Assembly: GCA_041740975.1 (NCBI GenBank)
Contig: JBGSKV010000088.1
Span: forward strand, 33,734-97,733
Direction of reading: 5' to 3'
Origin: Oligoflexales bacterium
Lineage (GTDB): Bacteria; Bdellovibrionota_B; Oligoflexia; Oligoflexales; JALZUQ01
DNA length: 64,000 bases
Shown here: positions 9,296 to 18,639 of the stretch, piece after piece
How positions within the stretch are numbered: the stretch's first letter is position 1
Layout of the letters: every line of letters starts with the position of its first letter
Notes under the pieces: model-generated
What the model was told of the DNA's origin: nothing
The model's input: only the letters and a program-made list of their open reading frames with translations
The model's database searches: none
Translations under genes and position numbers: made by a program

Positions 9296-10436
9296 TTACG
9301 AACATTTGGCCACGCCTTGCTATGTTGTCGATAAAGACCTCATAGAGCGAAACCTTCGCGTCCTCAAAAGTGTTAAGGACCAGACTGGCTGCAAAATCCT
9401 TTTGGCTTTAAAAGGCTTTGCGATGCATTCGGTTTTTGACCTTTGCGCGCAATACCTTGACGGCGTTGCCACAAGCTCGCTCAATGAGGCGTTATTAGGT
9501 ACAGAAAAATTCGGCAAAGAAGTTCACGTTTATGAAGTGGCGTACTCGGCGCAAGAATTTCCGGAGATTTTGGCCAACGCTCATCACATTGTTTTCAACT
9601 CTTACTCGCAGTGGTTACGCTTCAAAAAAGATGTAGAAACTTATAATAAAAATAATAGCAAAAAAGTATCGTGTGGACTTCGGATCAATCCGCACTATTC
9701 CGAAGTCAAAGTCGATAAGTATAATCCGTGTGGTCCCAACTCACGCTTTGGCGTTCCGGTCGAACAACTGAAAGAAGTGAATTTTGAGGGGCTTTCTGGC
9801 TTGCACTTTCACGCCATGTGCGAACAAAACTCAGACGTCTTACAGCGCATTTTGGCGGTGGTTGAAAAAACCTGCACACCCTACTTTGACAGAATTAAAT
9901 GGATTAACTTTGGTGGCGGACATCACATCACGCGCCCGGACTACGATATTAAGCTTCTTGTCGACACCATCAATGGCTTTCGCAGTCGACACGATCTTCA
10001 GGTCTATTTGGAGCCAGGCGAAGCCATTGCGCTTAACACTGGTTATCTAATTTCTTCGGTTTTGGATTTGACCCATAACGGCATGGACATCGCTTTGATG
10101 GATGTTTCCGCGACTGCTCATATGCCTGATGTCCTGGAGATGCCTTACCGACCAGAAATCATTGGTGGTAAAGAACCAGGCAAGAACAAATTCACTTATA
10201 AACTAGGCGGAACCACTTGTTTGTCCGGTGACGTAATCGGCGATTACTCTTTTAACGAACGCCTTGAACTCGGCGATAAACTTATATTTATGGATATGGC
10301 ACATTATTCTATGGTCAAAAACACCACGTTCAATGGCGTGAATTTGCCTGACATTGTCTTGGCGTCATCGCGTAAAAATACTACTGAAGTTATCCGAAGT
10401 TTTGGCTACGAAGATTATCGAAATCGTCTTTCCTAA
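9279..10436 (+). CDS. nspC: Carboxynorspermidine decarboxylase
   Basis: LLALKGF, GLHFH, NFGGGHHIT, EPGEA, HMPDVLEMPY, CLSGD, HYSMVKNTTFNG. Confidence 0.95.
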   Translation: MNLGFDYEHLATPCYVVDKDLIERNLRVLKSVKDQTGCKILLALKGFAMHSVFDLCAQYLDGVATSSLNEALLGTEKFGKEVHVYEVAYSAQEFPEILANAHHIVFNSYSQWLRFKKDVETYNKNNSKKVSCGLRINPHYSEVKVDKYNPCGPNSRFGVPVEQLKEVNFEGLSGLHFHAMCEQNSDVLQRILAVVEKTCTPYFDRIKWINFGGGHHITRPDYDIKLLVDTINGFRSRHDLQVYLEPGEAIALNTGYLISSVLDLTHNGMDIALMDVSATAHMPDVLEMPYRPEIIGGKEPGKNKFTYKLGGTTCLSGDVIGDYSFNERLELGDKLIFMDMAHYSMVKNTTFNGVNLPDIVLASSRKNTTEVIRSFGYEDYRNRLS

Positions 10437-10465
10437 CAGCTGAATTATTTTGACCCGGGATCTTC

Positions 10466-11800
10466 ATGACAGACGACAAACTTCGCCCCCCCGCCTATGT
10501 TTCTAATTTTTATCTTTGGTCCATCGTAGTTTTGGGCTCAGTATTTGGCTGTCTTTTCGCCTGCACACAAGATCTTCGCTATGATGAAATCCAACTTTTG
10601 CACAAAGGCACTCAGCTCGCGCGTCACCTAAACTTAGTGCCTTTTGGAAATGTAGTGACGGGAGGCCTCGGGCATTCACCGGGAATTTTAACTTCGCTAC
10701 TCGTAGGTATTCCCATGATGGTCGTGATGTCCCCCATCTCGCCCGTTGTTTTGGTTTTCATTCTTCATTTTATTTCGCTTTATCTTTACGCGAATTTGAC
10801 CAGAGAGATTTTTGGTCGGCGAATTTTAATAATCGTTTTGCTATTTTATTGGCTGAGCGTCTGGCACACCTCGAAGATGATTTTATGGAACCCCTCATAT
10901 CTTTTCTTCCTAAGTACAATCCATCTTTGGAGCTCTTATCATTCACGGAGTCGAAAATCGGCCTGGCACACCTTCTCCCTAACCCTTGCTATTGGCGCGG
11001 CGCTACAAGTGCATAGCTCTTGGGTTATACTGGCCTTGTTAAGTACTTTTTTGTATTGGCGTGGACTTATTCGTATCCATTGGCCTGCCTTTATCGCAGC
11101 ATGTCTGATTATTTTGGCCATGCTGATCCCGTATTTTATCGATCTCTTTGCCCCCTCTAAACCGGATACGATTATCATCGCATCGGACGCATTTATTGGT
11201 CGTGGTTTGATCTATGGATATCCACTCATGAAAGGCCTGTTCTATTGGATACGCTATGCCAGCACCTATTTTAGCAGTGATATTTTCACTGGTACCACTT
11301 ATGGTTGGATGCCAGGTTGGCTTGCGAGCTTGGTATCCATTCTTATGGGTTCACTAAAGTGGGTGCTGGCAATGGTAACATTGGTTGTTTCGTGTTGGGC
11401 TAACTTTGAACTCTTGAAGAAAGCGAAGCAATCTCTAAAGCGTCGCGAATTCAATGACAGCAAAGATTGGCTTCAGTCTTATGCATGCTGGACATTTGTT
11501 TCTGTGTTTATTGCCGTCGCCGCATCTCCCATCACGACGTCGTACTGGCATTTGCTGATCGTCTTTCCGCAAGCTATTTTGCCGTTGCTATTTTTTTGGG
11601 ACCGGCACGAAGCGCTTTTGCAGCTTGTGTCTCGTTCGAAACCCATTCTGACTGGCTTTGTAGTTGTGGTAAGCTTGATTAGCTTTTTTGGCGCCATGAG
11701 TTCCGTTCGCCACGACTATAAAATAGACGTGCATTCAGAATTCCTACGCCTCGATAAAGAAGGTCGATTGGGACCACCCCCGACCTCAAACCGTCCATAG
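10466..11800 (+). CDS. Polytopic membrane protein, GT-C (ArnT/PMT-like) glycosyltransferase candidate
   Basis: About 11 hydrophobic segments; DE after TM1, WNPS and QVH motifs. Confidence 0.55.
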   Translation: MTDDKLRPPAYVSNFYLWSIVVLGSVFGCLFACTQDLRYDEIQLLHKGTQLARHLNLVPFGNVVTGGLGHSPGILTSLLVGIPMMVVMSPISPVVLVFILHFISLYLYANLTREIFGRRILIIVLLFYWLSVWHTSKMILWNPSYLFFLSTIHLWSSYHSRSRKSAWHTFSLTLAIGAALQVHSSWVILALLSTFLYWRGLIRIHWPAFIAACLIILAMLIPYFIDLFAPSKPDTIIIASDAFIGRGLIYGYPLMKGLFYWIRYASTYFSSDIFTGTTYGWMPGWLASLVSILMGSLKWVLAMVTLVVSCWANFELLKKAKQSLKRREFNDSKDWLQSYACWTFVSVFIAVAASPITTSYWHLLIVFPQAILPLLFFWDRHEALLQLVSRSKPILTGFVVVVSLISFFGAMSSVRHDYKIDVHSEFLRLDKEGRLGPPPTSNRP

Positions 11801-11805
11801 GAGTT

Positions 11806-12279
11806 TTGGCCATGTTACGTTTCCTTTTTCTCGGGCTCATTTTTGCAACGGTAAGCTGCGTAACGACGCCAGCTGAACGTCCAGACATTGACTTTGAAAT
11901 CAGTAAATCTACTTTGACGACGATGTCTGCAGATATGAAAAAAGCAAAAACTGCAGAAACTCCAGTAGATGTCGCAAATCTTGGATGCTGGAAAGACAAA
12001 TGCCGCATTGAACTGACGCACGAAGATGGCAAGGTTGGAACTCTGGGATTAACACCTGAGGATCTGAAAACCCTTTTGGCAGCTATCTCCAAGTCAAAAG
12101 TGAATGAACCTCTCGATGCTAGCAGCGGCAGTTCCAGCGTATCGTGCACACCAAATGAATGTAAATTTTCGATAACCAAAGACATCGAATTGGATCCAAA
12201 AGCGGACTTTTGGGTCAGCGATTTGCTGGGAGATTTGAAATCTCAAGCTGCAAAGCCCGCTAGTCGGAAGAAAAAATAG
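11806..12279 (+). CDS. Hypothetical lipoprotein
   Basis: TVSC lipobox; two C-x4-C motifs (CWKDKC, CTPNEC). Confidence 0.65.
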   Translation: MAMLRFLFLGLIFATVSCVTTPAERPDIDFEISKSTLTTMSADMKKAKTAETPVDVANLGCWKDKCRIELTHEDGKVGTLGLTPEDLKTLLAAISKSKVNEPLDASSGSSSVSCTPNECKFSITKDIELDPKADFWVSDLLGDLKSQAAKPASRKKK

Positions 12280-12285
12280 TTCCTT

Positions 12286-12335
12286 CGTCATCCAGAGCTT
12301 TCAAGAGCGCAGCTCGCCGATCGCTCAGAATGACG
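12286..12335. repeat. Degenerate GTCAT...ATGAC palindrome between convergent genes
   Basis: CGTCATccaGAGC...GCTCagaATGACG. Confidence 0.45.
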
Positions 12336-12358
12336 GGCATGAAGAACTTAAACAAAAT

Positions 12359-12874
12359 TTACCGATCCGGCTTTAGACGGTGAAATCCATCTTTCTGTTC
12401 AAAAATAGCGTTAGGTTTTTTCGGCACAGCTTTCTGCTTGGTTTTATCAAAATCGTTCTTTTTTACGGGGACAGGATCAGATTTTGCACCTGCCGTTATA
12501 GGGCGACAACATCCATAGTAAACGTGTTCACCGTTGTAGTCTAAGGTGACGTAGGCATTATAGACCTTCTCGCTCATCCCATCTGAACAGTCCTTAGCAC
12601 GAACAACATTTACTGTGAGTTTTTTGCCGTCTTTGCTTTGACCACGCATGTAAAAACCGGCCCCCATGGACATGCCATAAAATGTGTCGAGTCTGACCTT
12701 TTCAAGTGTATGGCGCTCACCCATCATGACATCGTAGGTTGCAACCTTATCAACATACGAAAAGCCCCAGAAAGGCTCAGTGCCGGTGCAGGAAAAATTC
12801 TCTTCTTGAGCAAGCGAAGTGGTAGCCAATGTTACGAAAAGAAAAAAAGCTCTCGTTATAGATTTGCCAGACAT
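12359..12874 (-). CDS. COG3650-like secreted protein
   Basis: CTGTEPFWG, CSDGMSEK.Y, GCC; ATG at 12874 with AGGAG RBS. Confidence 0.8.
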   Translation of the reverse strand: MSGKSITRAFFLFVTLATTSLAQEENFSCTGTEPFWGFSYVDKVATYDVMMGERHTLEKVRLDTFYGMSMGAGFYMRGQSKDGKKLTVNVVRAKDCSDGMSEKVYNAYVTLDYNGEHVYYGCCRPITAGAKSDPVPVKKNDFDKTKQKAVPKKPNAIFEQKDGFHRLKPDR

Positions 12875-12983
12875 GGTCCATCTCCTTTTATAACGCAAAG
12901 TTCGGCTTATCTTGCTAAACTTTGACGGCCCATCATAGATTTGCTTCCATAATAGAGCAATGAATTTGGCGAAAGGAAATGAC

Positions 12984-13253
12984 GTGGACTGGAAAATATT
13001 TGGCACAGCTTTTATGACAATTTTTTTGGCAGAATTGGGAGATAAGACTCAATTTGCCGCGATGGCACTATCTGCCGGTAATGACAATAAACTTGCTGTT
13101 TTATTGGGAGTCGTATTGGCTTTGGCTTTAGCAGGAGTGCTCGGTGTTGCGCTTGGCGGACTGATTGGTGCTTGGATCGATCCCAAGATGATGCGCTGGG
13201 TTTCCGGCGGAATGTTTCTCGCGATCGGAACTTGGATTCTCATCGCTGGTTAA
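12984..13253 (+). CDS. TMEM165/GDT1 (UPF0016) family, single-repeat form
   Basis: IFLAELGDKTQ; three TM segments; GTG start at 12984. Confidence 0.9.
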   Translation: MDWKIFGTAFMTIFLAELGDKTQFAAMALSAGNDNKLAVLLGVVLALALAGVLGVALGGLIGAWIDPKMMRWVSGGMFLAIGTWILIAG

Positions 13254-13298
13254 TGTTAATCAAGCGCCCGCGAAGTCGAGCAGGCGCCTGATCAAGCT

Positions 13299-14249
13299 TT
13301 AAGAGTGTTTGTCCGATTTTGTCACGGGAGCTGGATTCATGCGATTGAATACAGAAAACGCCGTTGCCATCATTCCACTTAAATCCGCTGGATTTGCGGG
13401 GACGATGATCGTATTGGCGTCCGTTGCAAATTTTCCGAACTCTTGTACGTAAGCTTCGGCTACTCGAAGTTCTGCCGACTCTCTGCCTCCTGGTGTATTT
13501 AAAATTTCTGCAACTCTTTGCAATCCCTCTGCAGTTGCTTTTGCTACTGATAAAATTGCGGACGCTTCCCCTTCGGCCTCATTGATTTGGCGTTGACGCT
13601 GAGCTTCAGAGTTTTTAATTGTTTGTTGCTTCTCGCCCTCAGCACGGTTGATTTTTGAATCCCGATCACCTTCTGACTCAAGGACTTTGGCGCGTTTTTC
13701 ACGTTCGGCGCGCATTTGTTTTTCCATTGCTGCTAGTACATCCCCTGGAGGCGTAATGGACTTGATTTCATACCGAAGGACTTTGACGCCCCACGGATCC
13801 GTTGCATTATCGATGGCTAGGATGACGGCATTGTTAACTTTTTCTCGCTCTTCAAACGTACGATCCAAGTCGAGTTTTCCTATCTCTGAGCGCAACGTCG
13901 TTTGAGCCAGCTGAATGATAGCTTGCTCGAAGTTTGCTACCCCATATGAAGCGCGTGATGCTTCCACGACTCTGAAAAAGAGCACCCCGTCGACATTTAC
14001 CTGCACGTTATCGCGCGTAATGCAAATTTGTTCAGGGATATCCATGACGATCTCTTTAATGGTATGAACGTATTGAATGCGATCAACAAACGGTATGGTA
14101 ATGTGCAATCCTGCATCGAGGGTACGGCTGTATTTTCCAAGTCTTTCGACTACATAAGCCATTTGCTGAGGTACAATTCGTATACTTTTAAATAAAACAA
14201 TCGCCACAAAAACACATACTAAAACCAGGAAAATTGTCTGAGCTGTCAT
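13299..14249 (-). CDS. SPFH/stomatin-like protein (QmcA/paraslipin)
   Basis: VVERLGKY, QICITRDNV, QTTLRSEIG, WGVKVLRYEIK, QMRAEREKRA. Confidence 0.95.
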   Translation of the reverse strand: MTAQTIFLVLVCVFVAIVLFKSIRIVPQQMAYVVERLGKYSRTLDAGLHITIPFVDRIQYVHTIKEIVMDIPEQICITRDNVQVNVDGVLFFRVVEASRASYGVANFEQAIIQLAQTTLRSEIGKLDLDRTFEEREKVNNAVILAIDNATDPWGVKVLRYEIKSITPPGDVLAAMEKQMRAEREKRAKVLESEGDRDSKINRAEGEKQQTIKNSEAQRQRQINEAEGEASAILSVAKATAEGLQRVAEILNTPGGRESAELRVAEAYVQEFGKFATDANTIIVPANPADLSGMMATAFSVFNRMNPAPVTKSDKHS

Positions 14250-14264
14250 GATTCCCTCTTAATT

Positions 14265-14705
14265 CTAGACTTTTTTAACAAATAATTTGATTCCATCTTT
14301 TCTTGTTATCTTCACTTCAGAACCGGAAGCAATGACTTCAGAACTATCATTGATAGCAGTCCAAGTTGTTCCTTGGTACTGAATCGAAGTTTGCTTATTA
14401 GGTTCCAAAGATTGATCGACTACGAAATTCTGTTCGTCTTTCCATGCACCTTTCGCAGAAAGCGAATGTACGAGTTTTTTTCGAAACGTCAGCACTAGTC
14501 CAGCCGAGAGAAGTGCGAAAATCGCGATCTCAGAATTAAGGTGATCTAAACCCAGAAGGCGCAGACCCGCTACCAGTAATGCTGCTAAGCCAAAAAACAG
14601 AAGAAAAAATGCTCCGGACATCAGTTCTGCGATGGCGAGCAAGATTCCGACAGATGCCCAAACTATTGTTTGCGTCAACTTCATCTCCTTTAGGTGTAAG
14701 GACAT
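14265..14705 (-). CDS. NfeD family protein (YbbJ-like)
   Basis: N-terminal TMs, G..W.A OB-fold C-terminus, upstream of the SPFH gene. Confidence 0.88.
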   Translation of the reverse strand: MSLHLKEMKLTQTIVWASVGILLAIAELMSGAFFLLFFGLAALLVAGLRLLGLDHLNSEIAIFALLSAGLVLTFRKKLVHSLSAKGAWKDEQNFVVDQSLEPNKQTSIQYQGTTWTAINDSSEVIASGSEVKITRKDGIKLFVKKV

Positions 14706-15004
14706 ATATATGAGCGACTATATTATCATAACTGGTGATTTTCTCTATCCTGCAAAGAATGAGTTATCAATTTGAGGCAAATGCGTTGTCTTTGCCGTCA
14801 TTTTCGTGCCGAAGATCGGCCAGTTCAAGAATGATATATCCTCTCAACCATAGGATTCTCAATGAATGCGCAACACCGATCGCCTGAACTGGGCGAAGTT
14901 GGATTTTTTTTTAAGTCGACGTTGATATTTTTGATCTTTTAACAAGGCGAAGCTCAACTTAGCTACCAGTAAGTCGCTAATTAAACAACAATTTCTTCAA
15001 TAAT

Positions 15005-15032
15005 TAAAGTTTTCAACCAAATTTGCCGATAA
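15005..15032 (+). promoter_or_regulatory. Sigma28/FliA-like promoter
   Basis: TAAAGTTT-N12-GCCGATAA. Confidence 0.6.
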
Positions 15033-15100
15033 GGCCAGTAATGAAATGTATTCCGAGCTGCTGCTAAACAGAGTTTTTCAAAGCTGTACTGTGAGCTGAA

Positions 15101-15832
15101 ATGGCCATGAACCGCAGAAATCAATATCTTGCTCCCATCGTGTTGAGCCTTGTACTTGGTTGCACCAAGACGGCCCTCCCTACGATTGATAATCAAAAAA
15201 CGCCACAACCAGCAACTCAAACACCTGTGACTGCACTTCCTGAAAATCCTAGTCCGACGTCTCCTGTTATTCCGGGAGCTCCCGTAACCCCAACGACTCC
15301 AACAGCTCCGGTTGATCCGACTCCGTCGAATCCCGTCACAACACCAAGCCCTATTACTCTACCTCCGAGTTCGAATCCTACTTTGAATCCAAGTACAACG
15401 GTTCCTCCCCTTACTCCGGGCGCTCCGGTTTCTACATTGATTGGCGATAAATTTAAATTTCAAGATGTCGTAGTAAAAGCCCCGGCCGGTTGGAAGCTAC
15501 ATCAAGATGTCGCGCAGCCAAATATTGTCATCCTAGGTTTTACAAATGCTAACGACGATTACTTTCGCATTTATGTTGAAAAAGATAGCTCTAAAGATTT
15601 TGCGAGCATGTTCAGCTTTAAAACGCAGACTATTAAGCCGATGTTTTCTGAAACGATCGGTAAATATCAGTGGTCGCGCCTTGAAAATAAGAAGTCTGGC
15701 GAGCAAAGCTCATTCGTTACTAGCGCATTTTGGATGACACTAAACGGATATAGTTATTATGGTTTCGGCCGAGCCAAAGACCAGCCGACAGCTGCACAAA
15801 TCTCAACTCTTTTCTTGTCCATTTTGGAGTAA
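15101..15832 (+). CDS. Pro/Thr-rich lipoprotein
   Basis: VLGC lipobox, long P/T/S linker, globular C-terminus. Confidence 0.7.
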   Translation: MAMNRRNQYLAPIVLSLVLGCTKTALPTIDNQKTPQPATQTPVTALPENPSPTSPVIPGAPVTPTTPTAPVDPTPSNPVTTPSPITLPPSSNPTLNPSTTVPPLTPGAPVSTLIGDKFKFQDVVVKAPAGWKLHQDVAQPNIVILGFTNANDDYFRIYVEKDSSKDFASMFSFKTQTIKPMFSETIGKYQWSRLENKKSGEQSSFVTSAFWMTLNGYSYYGFGRAKDQPTAAQISTLFLSILE

Positions 15833-15838
15833 GCTCGC

Positions 15839-16831
15839 ATAACTCGATCAGTTAAACTATTAATTGCAAGCTTAGCCTCAATGAGTATGACACTAAGCTG
15901 CGCGGCGCTTGTCGAAAACAAAGGCGAATATACCAAGACTTATTCATTGTCTTTAACTGGCAGCAATTACACTGGCAAGAAATTTTATCTTGGCTGGGGA
16001 CATGCGGCTCCAAATGATCCTTCAATGATGAAAAATGAAACGAAATATGACGTTTTGAAAACCCATGATATTTTTACCAAGGACATCGGCGGAAGTTATG
16101 AAGGCAAAAAACTCATCGAACAGCGCGGCAGCACAGAAGCCATAAAAGAAAGCTTCAGCGAAATCGCGCAGAAGACGACGTCAAACGATATGTACGTTCA
16201 ATACTCTAGCGGCCACGGCTTTCCGCAGGGATTGCAATATGGTGGCTCTTACACGGATATTGCTAACCGTATTTTATCTCTCAATTCAAAAGAAATGATT
16301 TCGTTCACCATGGCTTGCTATTCGGGCGGGTTAGTTAACGAGTTTAATCGTCGAAAAGCCGAATGGTCCAATTACAAAGAACAGGGCCGGACGCTTTTTG
16401 TCATGGCTTCGAGTACGGTTCAGCAGACTTCGAGCACAGGTCCCGGTATGGATCAAGAAAATCCTGATAATCCTTACGGTAGTGCGGGAAGTGCGTTTGG
16501 CCATGCTCTTTATCGCGCGCTCAAAGGCGAAGCGGATGGATATGTTGATGGCGTAAAAGACGGATTTGTAGATCTCGGTGAAATAGAATCTTATACGAAA
16601 TCTTTGACGAAACGAATTGGTGGACACACTCCAGTAGCGACAGGCGTTTACAATCCTGGCCTCATCATGAATAAAGTTCTATCAGCGGAAGACATTGCTG
16701 GTATGGAATTTGCCGATCGTGGCACAGATAGATATGATGAATATGCGATGCAACAAATTATTAAAAGTGAAGATACCTACTGGTCACAAAATTTAAGTGA
16801 ATTGCCAAAATGGTCGGATGTATCTAACTAA
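15839..16831 (+). CDS. Clan CD (caspase/legumain-like) cysteine peptidase, probable lipoprotein
   Basis: YSSGHG and MACYSGG His-Cys dyad; a full signal peptide needs the ATA start at 15839 (ORF track starts at ATG 15881). Confidence 0.7.
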   Translation: MTRSVKLLIASLASMSMTLSCAALVENKGEYTKTYSLSLTGSNYTGKKFYLGWGHAAPNDPSMMKNETKYDVLKTHDIFTKDIGGSYEGKKLIEQRGSTEAIKESFSEIAQKTTSNDMYVQYSSGHGFPQGLQYGGSYTDIANRILSLNSKEMISFTMACYSGGLVNEFNRRKAEWSNYKEQGRTLFVMASSTVQQTSSTGPGMDQENPDNPYGSAGSAFGHALYRALKGEADGYVDGVKDGFVDLGEIESYTKSLTKRIGGHTPVATGVYNPGLIMNKVLSAEDIAGMEFADRGTDRYDEYAMQQIIKSEDTYWSQNLSELPKWSDVSN

Positions 16832-18156
16832 TTAACCATCTTGGTTACAAGCACTTTGTCCACACGGTGTTTATCCATATCCATAACTTCAAATTGGAAA
16901 TTCTCGTGCTTGACGATGTCCCCTTCTTTAGGGATTTTGCCCAACTTTGTCATCATGTAGCCACCAACCGTCTGAAAGTTTTCTTTGTTGGCGACGGGCG
17001 GCAATTTCAAAGTTTCAAGTAACTCATCTATAAGAATATACCCTTCGACAAGCCAAGAGCCATCGTGTCTTTTGACTATTTTTCGATTTTGCATTTTTTG
17101 GCGACCGCCTTCCGGCATCTCCCCAATGATAGCTTCGGTAATATCATAAACTGTCAAAACCCCTGCAAAACCGCCATACTCATCAATAGCAAAACCCAAA
17201 CGCAAACCAGAATTTCGGAATTTTTGTAAAGCCACATCTGTCGTCATGGACTCTGGCAGAAACAATGGCGACGACATCAATTCGGAAACAGTGATGACTT
17301 TATTTTGGACGAATTTGGCGAGGACCGTTTTGACGGACAAGACTCCAACTGGTTGATCGATAGACGAATCAAATACTGGAAAATGCGAATGATTGTGCTG
17401 TGTCATTTTCTTCAGAATATTTTCGTTGGTATCATTAATATCAACCCCGACAACTTGAGTCCGCGGAGTCATGAGCTCGCCAACCGTATGGTCGTCTAAG
17501 CGCAAAACGCCTCGAATCATAGCCTCTTCTTGCTTATCAAAGATCCCGACTTTGGCACCATCGGCTATCAAAATCTTAACTTCTTCTTCGGTCACGACTT
17601 TGTCGTTAACGGGTGGAACACGCATAACCTTCAATACCGTATTTGTTGAAACCGTAAGGATGTAGACCATCGGGCGCAAGGTATATCCCGTCAATGAGAC
17701 CAATTTTGCCATGCGTGAGGCGACGATCTCTGGATTATTCAGCGCCATCTTTTTGGGAACGAGTTCACCAAGAATAAGGGACAGGTAAGTCACTAAGACG
17801 ACAACCAAGCCAAAACTAAGACCATGAGAATAGGGTTCCAATAAAGGATGAAGCGCCCCAACGTGCACCGCCAGTTTGTCAGCAAGCGTTGCGCCACTGA
17901 CGGCACCGGCTAACACACCAATAAGCGTTATCCCGATCTGGATGGAGGCCAAAAACTCTCCATCGCCTTCCAACAATTTTAAAGCAGTCTTAGCGCCGCG
18001 ATGTTTTTTAGCGATGAGATTTTTGAGACGGGACCTTCGAGACGAGACAATGGCCATTTCAGACATTGCGAACAAGCCATTGAGTAAAATAAGAATCAGA
18101 ATCACAATGATTTCGAGAGAAACGATGGAAGTCGTCTCCTTATAGTTAAGCTTCAA
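16828..18156 (-). CDS. HlyC/CorC family (DUF21-CBS-CorC) transporter
   Basis: NGLFAMSEMAIVSSR, GELVPK, MTPR, HSHFPV, DEYGG, T.GGY. Start uncertain. Confidence 0.93.
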   Translation of the reverse strand: MKLNYKETTSIVSLEIIVILILILLNGLFAMSEMAIVSSRRSRLKNLIAKKHRGAKTALKLLEGDGEFLASIQIGITLIGVLAGAVSGATLADKLAVHVGALHPLLEPYSHGLSFGLVVVLVTYLSLILGELVPKKMALNNPEIVASRMAKLVSLTGYTLRPMVYILTVSTNTVLKVMRVPPVNDKVVTEEEVKILIADGAKVGIFDKQEEAMIRGVLRLDDHTVGELMTPRTQVVGVDINDTNENILKKMTQHNHSHFPVFDSSIDQPVGVLSVKTVLAKFVQNKVITVSELMSSPLFLPESMTTDVALQKFRNSGLRLGFAIDEYGGFAGVLTVYDITEAIIGEMPEGGRQKMQNRKIVKRHDGSWLVEGYILIDELLETLKLPPVANKENFQTVGGYMMTKLGKIPKEGDIVKHENFQFEVMDMDKHRVDKVLVTKMVN

Positions 18157-18351
18157 TTTAGCAGATATACCGCGTTAATTCTACAGTTCTATCTGAACCT
18201 AGAAATCCTCAACTCCTTATGGTCGAAGGTTTTCAGAAACGCTGCCTTCATATCTTCAGAAACTAAATGACGAATGTGACAATTTGTCTTAAGCTTAGAA
18301 ATTCTACACTAAATTGAATTGTTTTTATTTTGATTAAAGAACGAGGGCTCT

Positions 18352-18639
18352 ATGCGTTTATTTGCGGTCGGATTCATGCTTTTGACCTTGGTTGGTTGTC
18401 AGACGCTTGAAGAAAGGCTTGCTGGTCGGGTGGGTTGTGATTCTAAGCAATTATATCTAAGAAATAAAGTCGAGGCCCCTGCCTACAGTCGATATAACTT
18501 CACTTGTGAGGGAAAAAACTACGTTTGCAAAGATGTCCCCTTTAGCAGCTCTTGCGGCGATGATACTTCCGTTCCCGCTGGCAACGCCGCTAAAGCCAAA
18601 TCTAAAGGCGCTAAGAAAAAAGCTAAGAAAAATTCATAG
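18352..18639 (+). CDS. Small hypothetical lipoprotein
   Basis: LVGC lipobox, four further Cys, Lys-rich tail. Confidence 0.65.
   Translation: MRLFAVGFMLLTLVGCQTLEERLAGRVGCDSKQLYLRNKVEAPAYSRYNFTCEGKNYVCKDVPFSSSCGDDTSVPAGNAAKAKSKGAKKKAKKNS

Noticed and set aside
14706-15000. Intergenic stretch with short inverted repeats (CCAGTTCA/TGAACTGG, GATCGG/CCGATC)
   Set aside because: Repeats are short and far apart; an open minus-strand frame has no suitable start; insufficient support for an ncRNA or gene.
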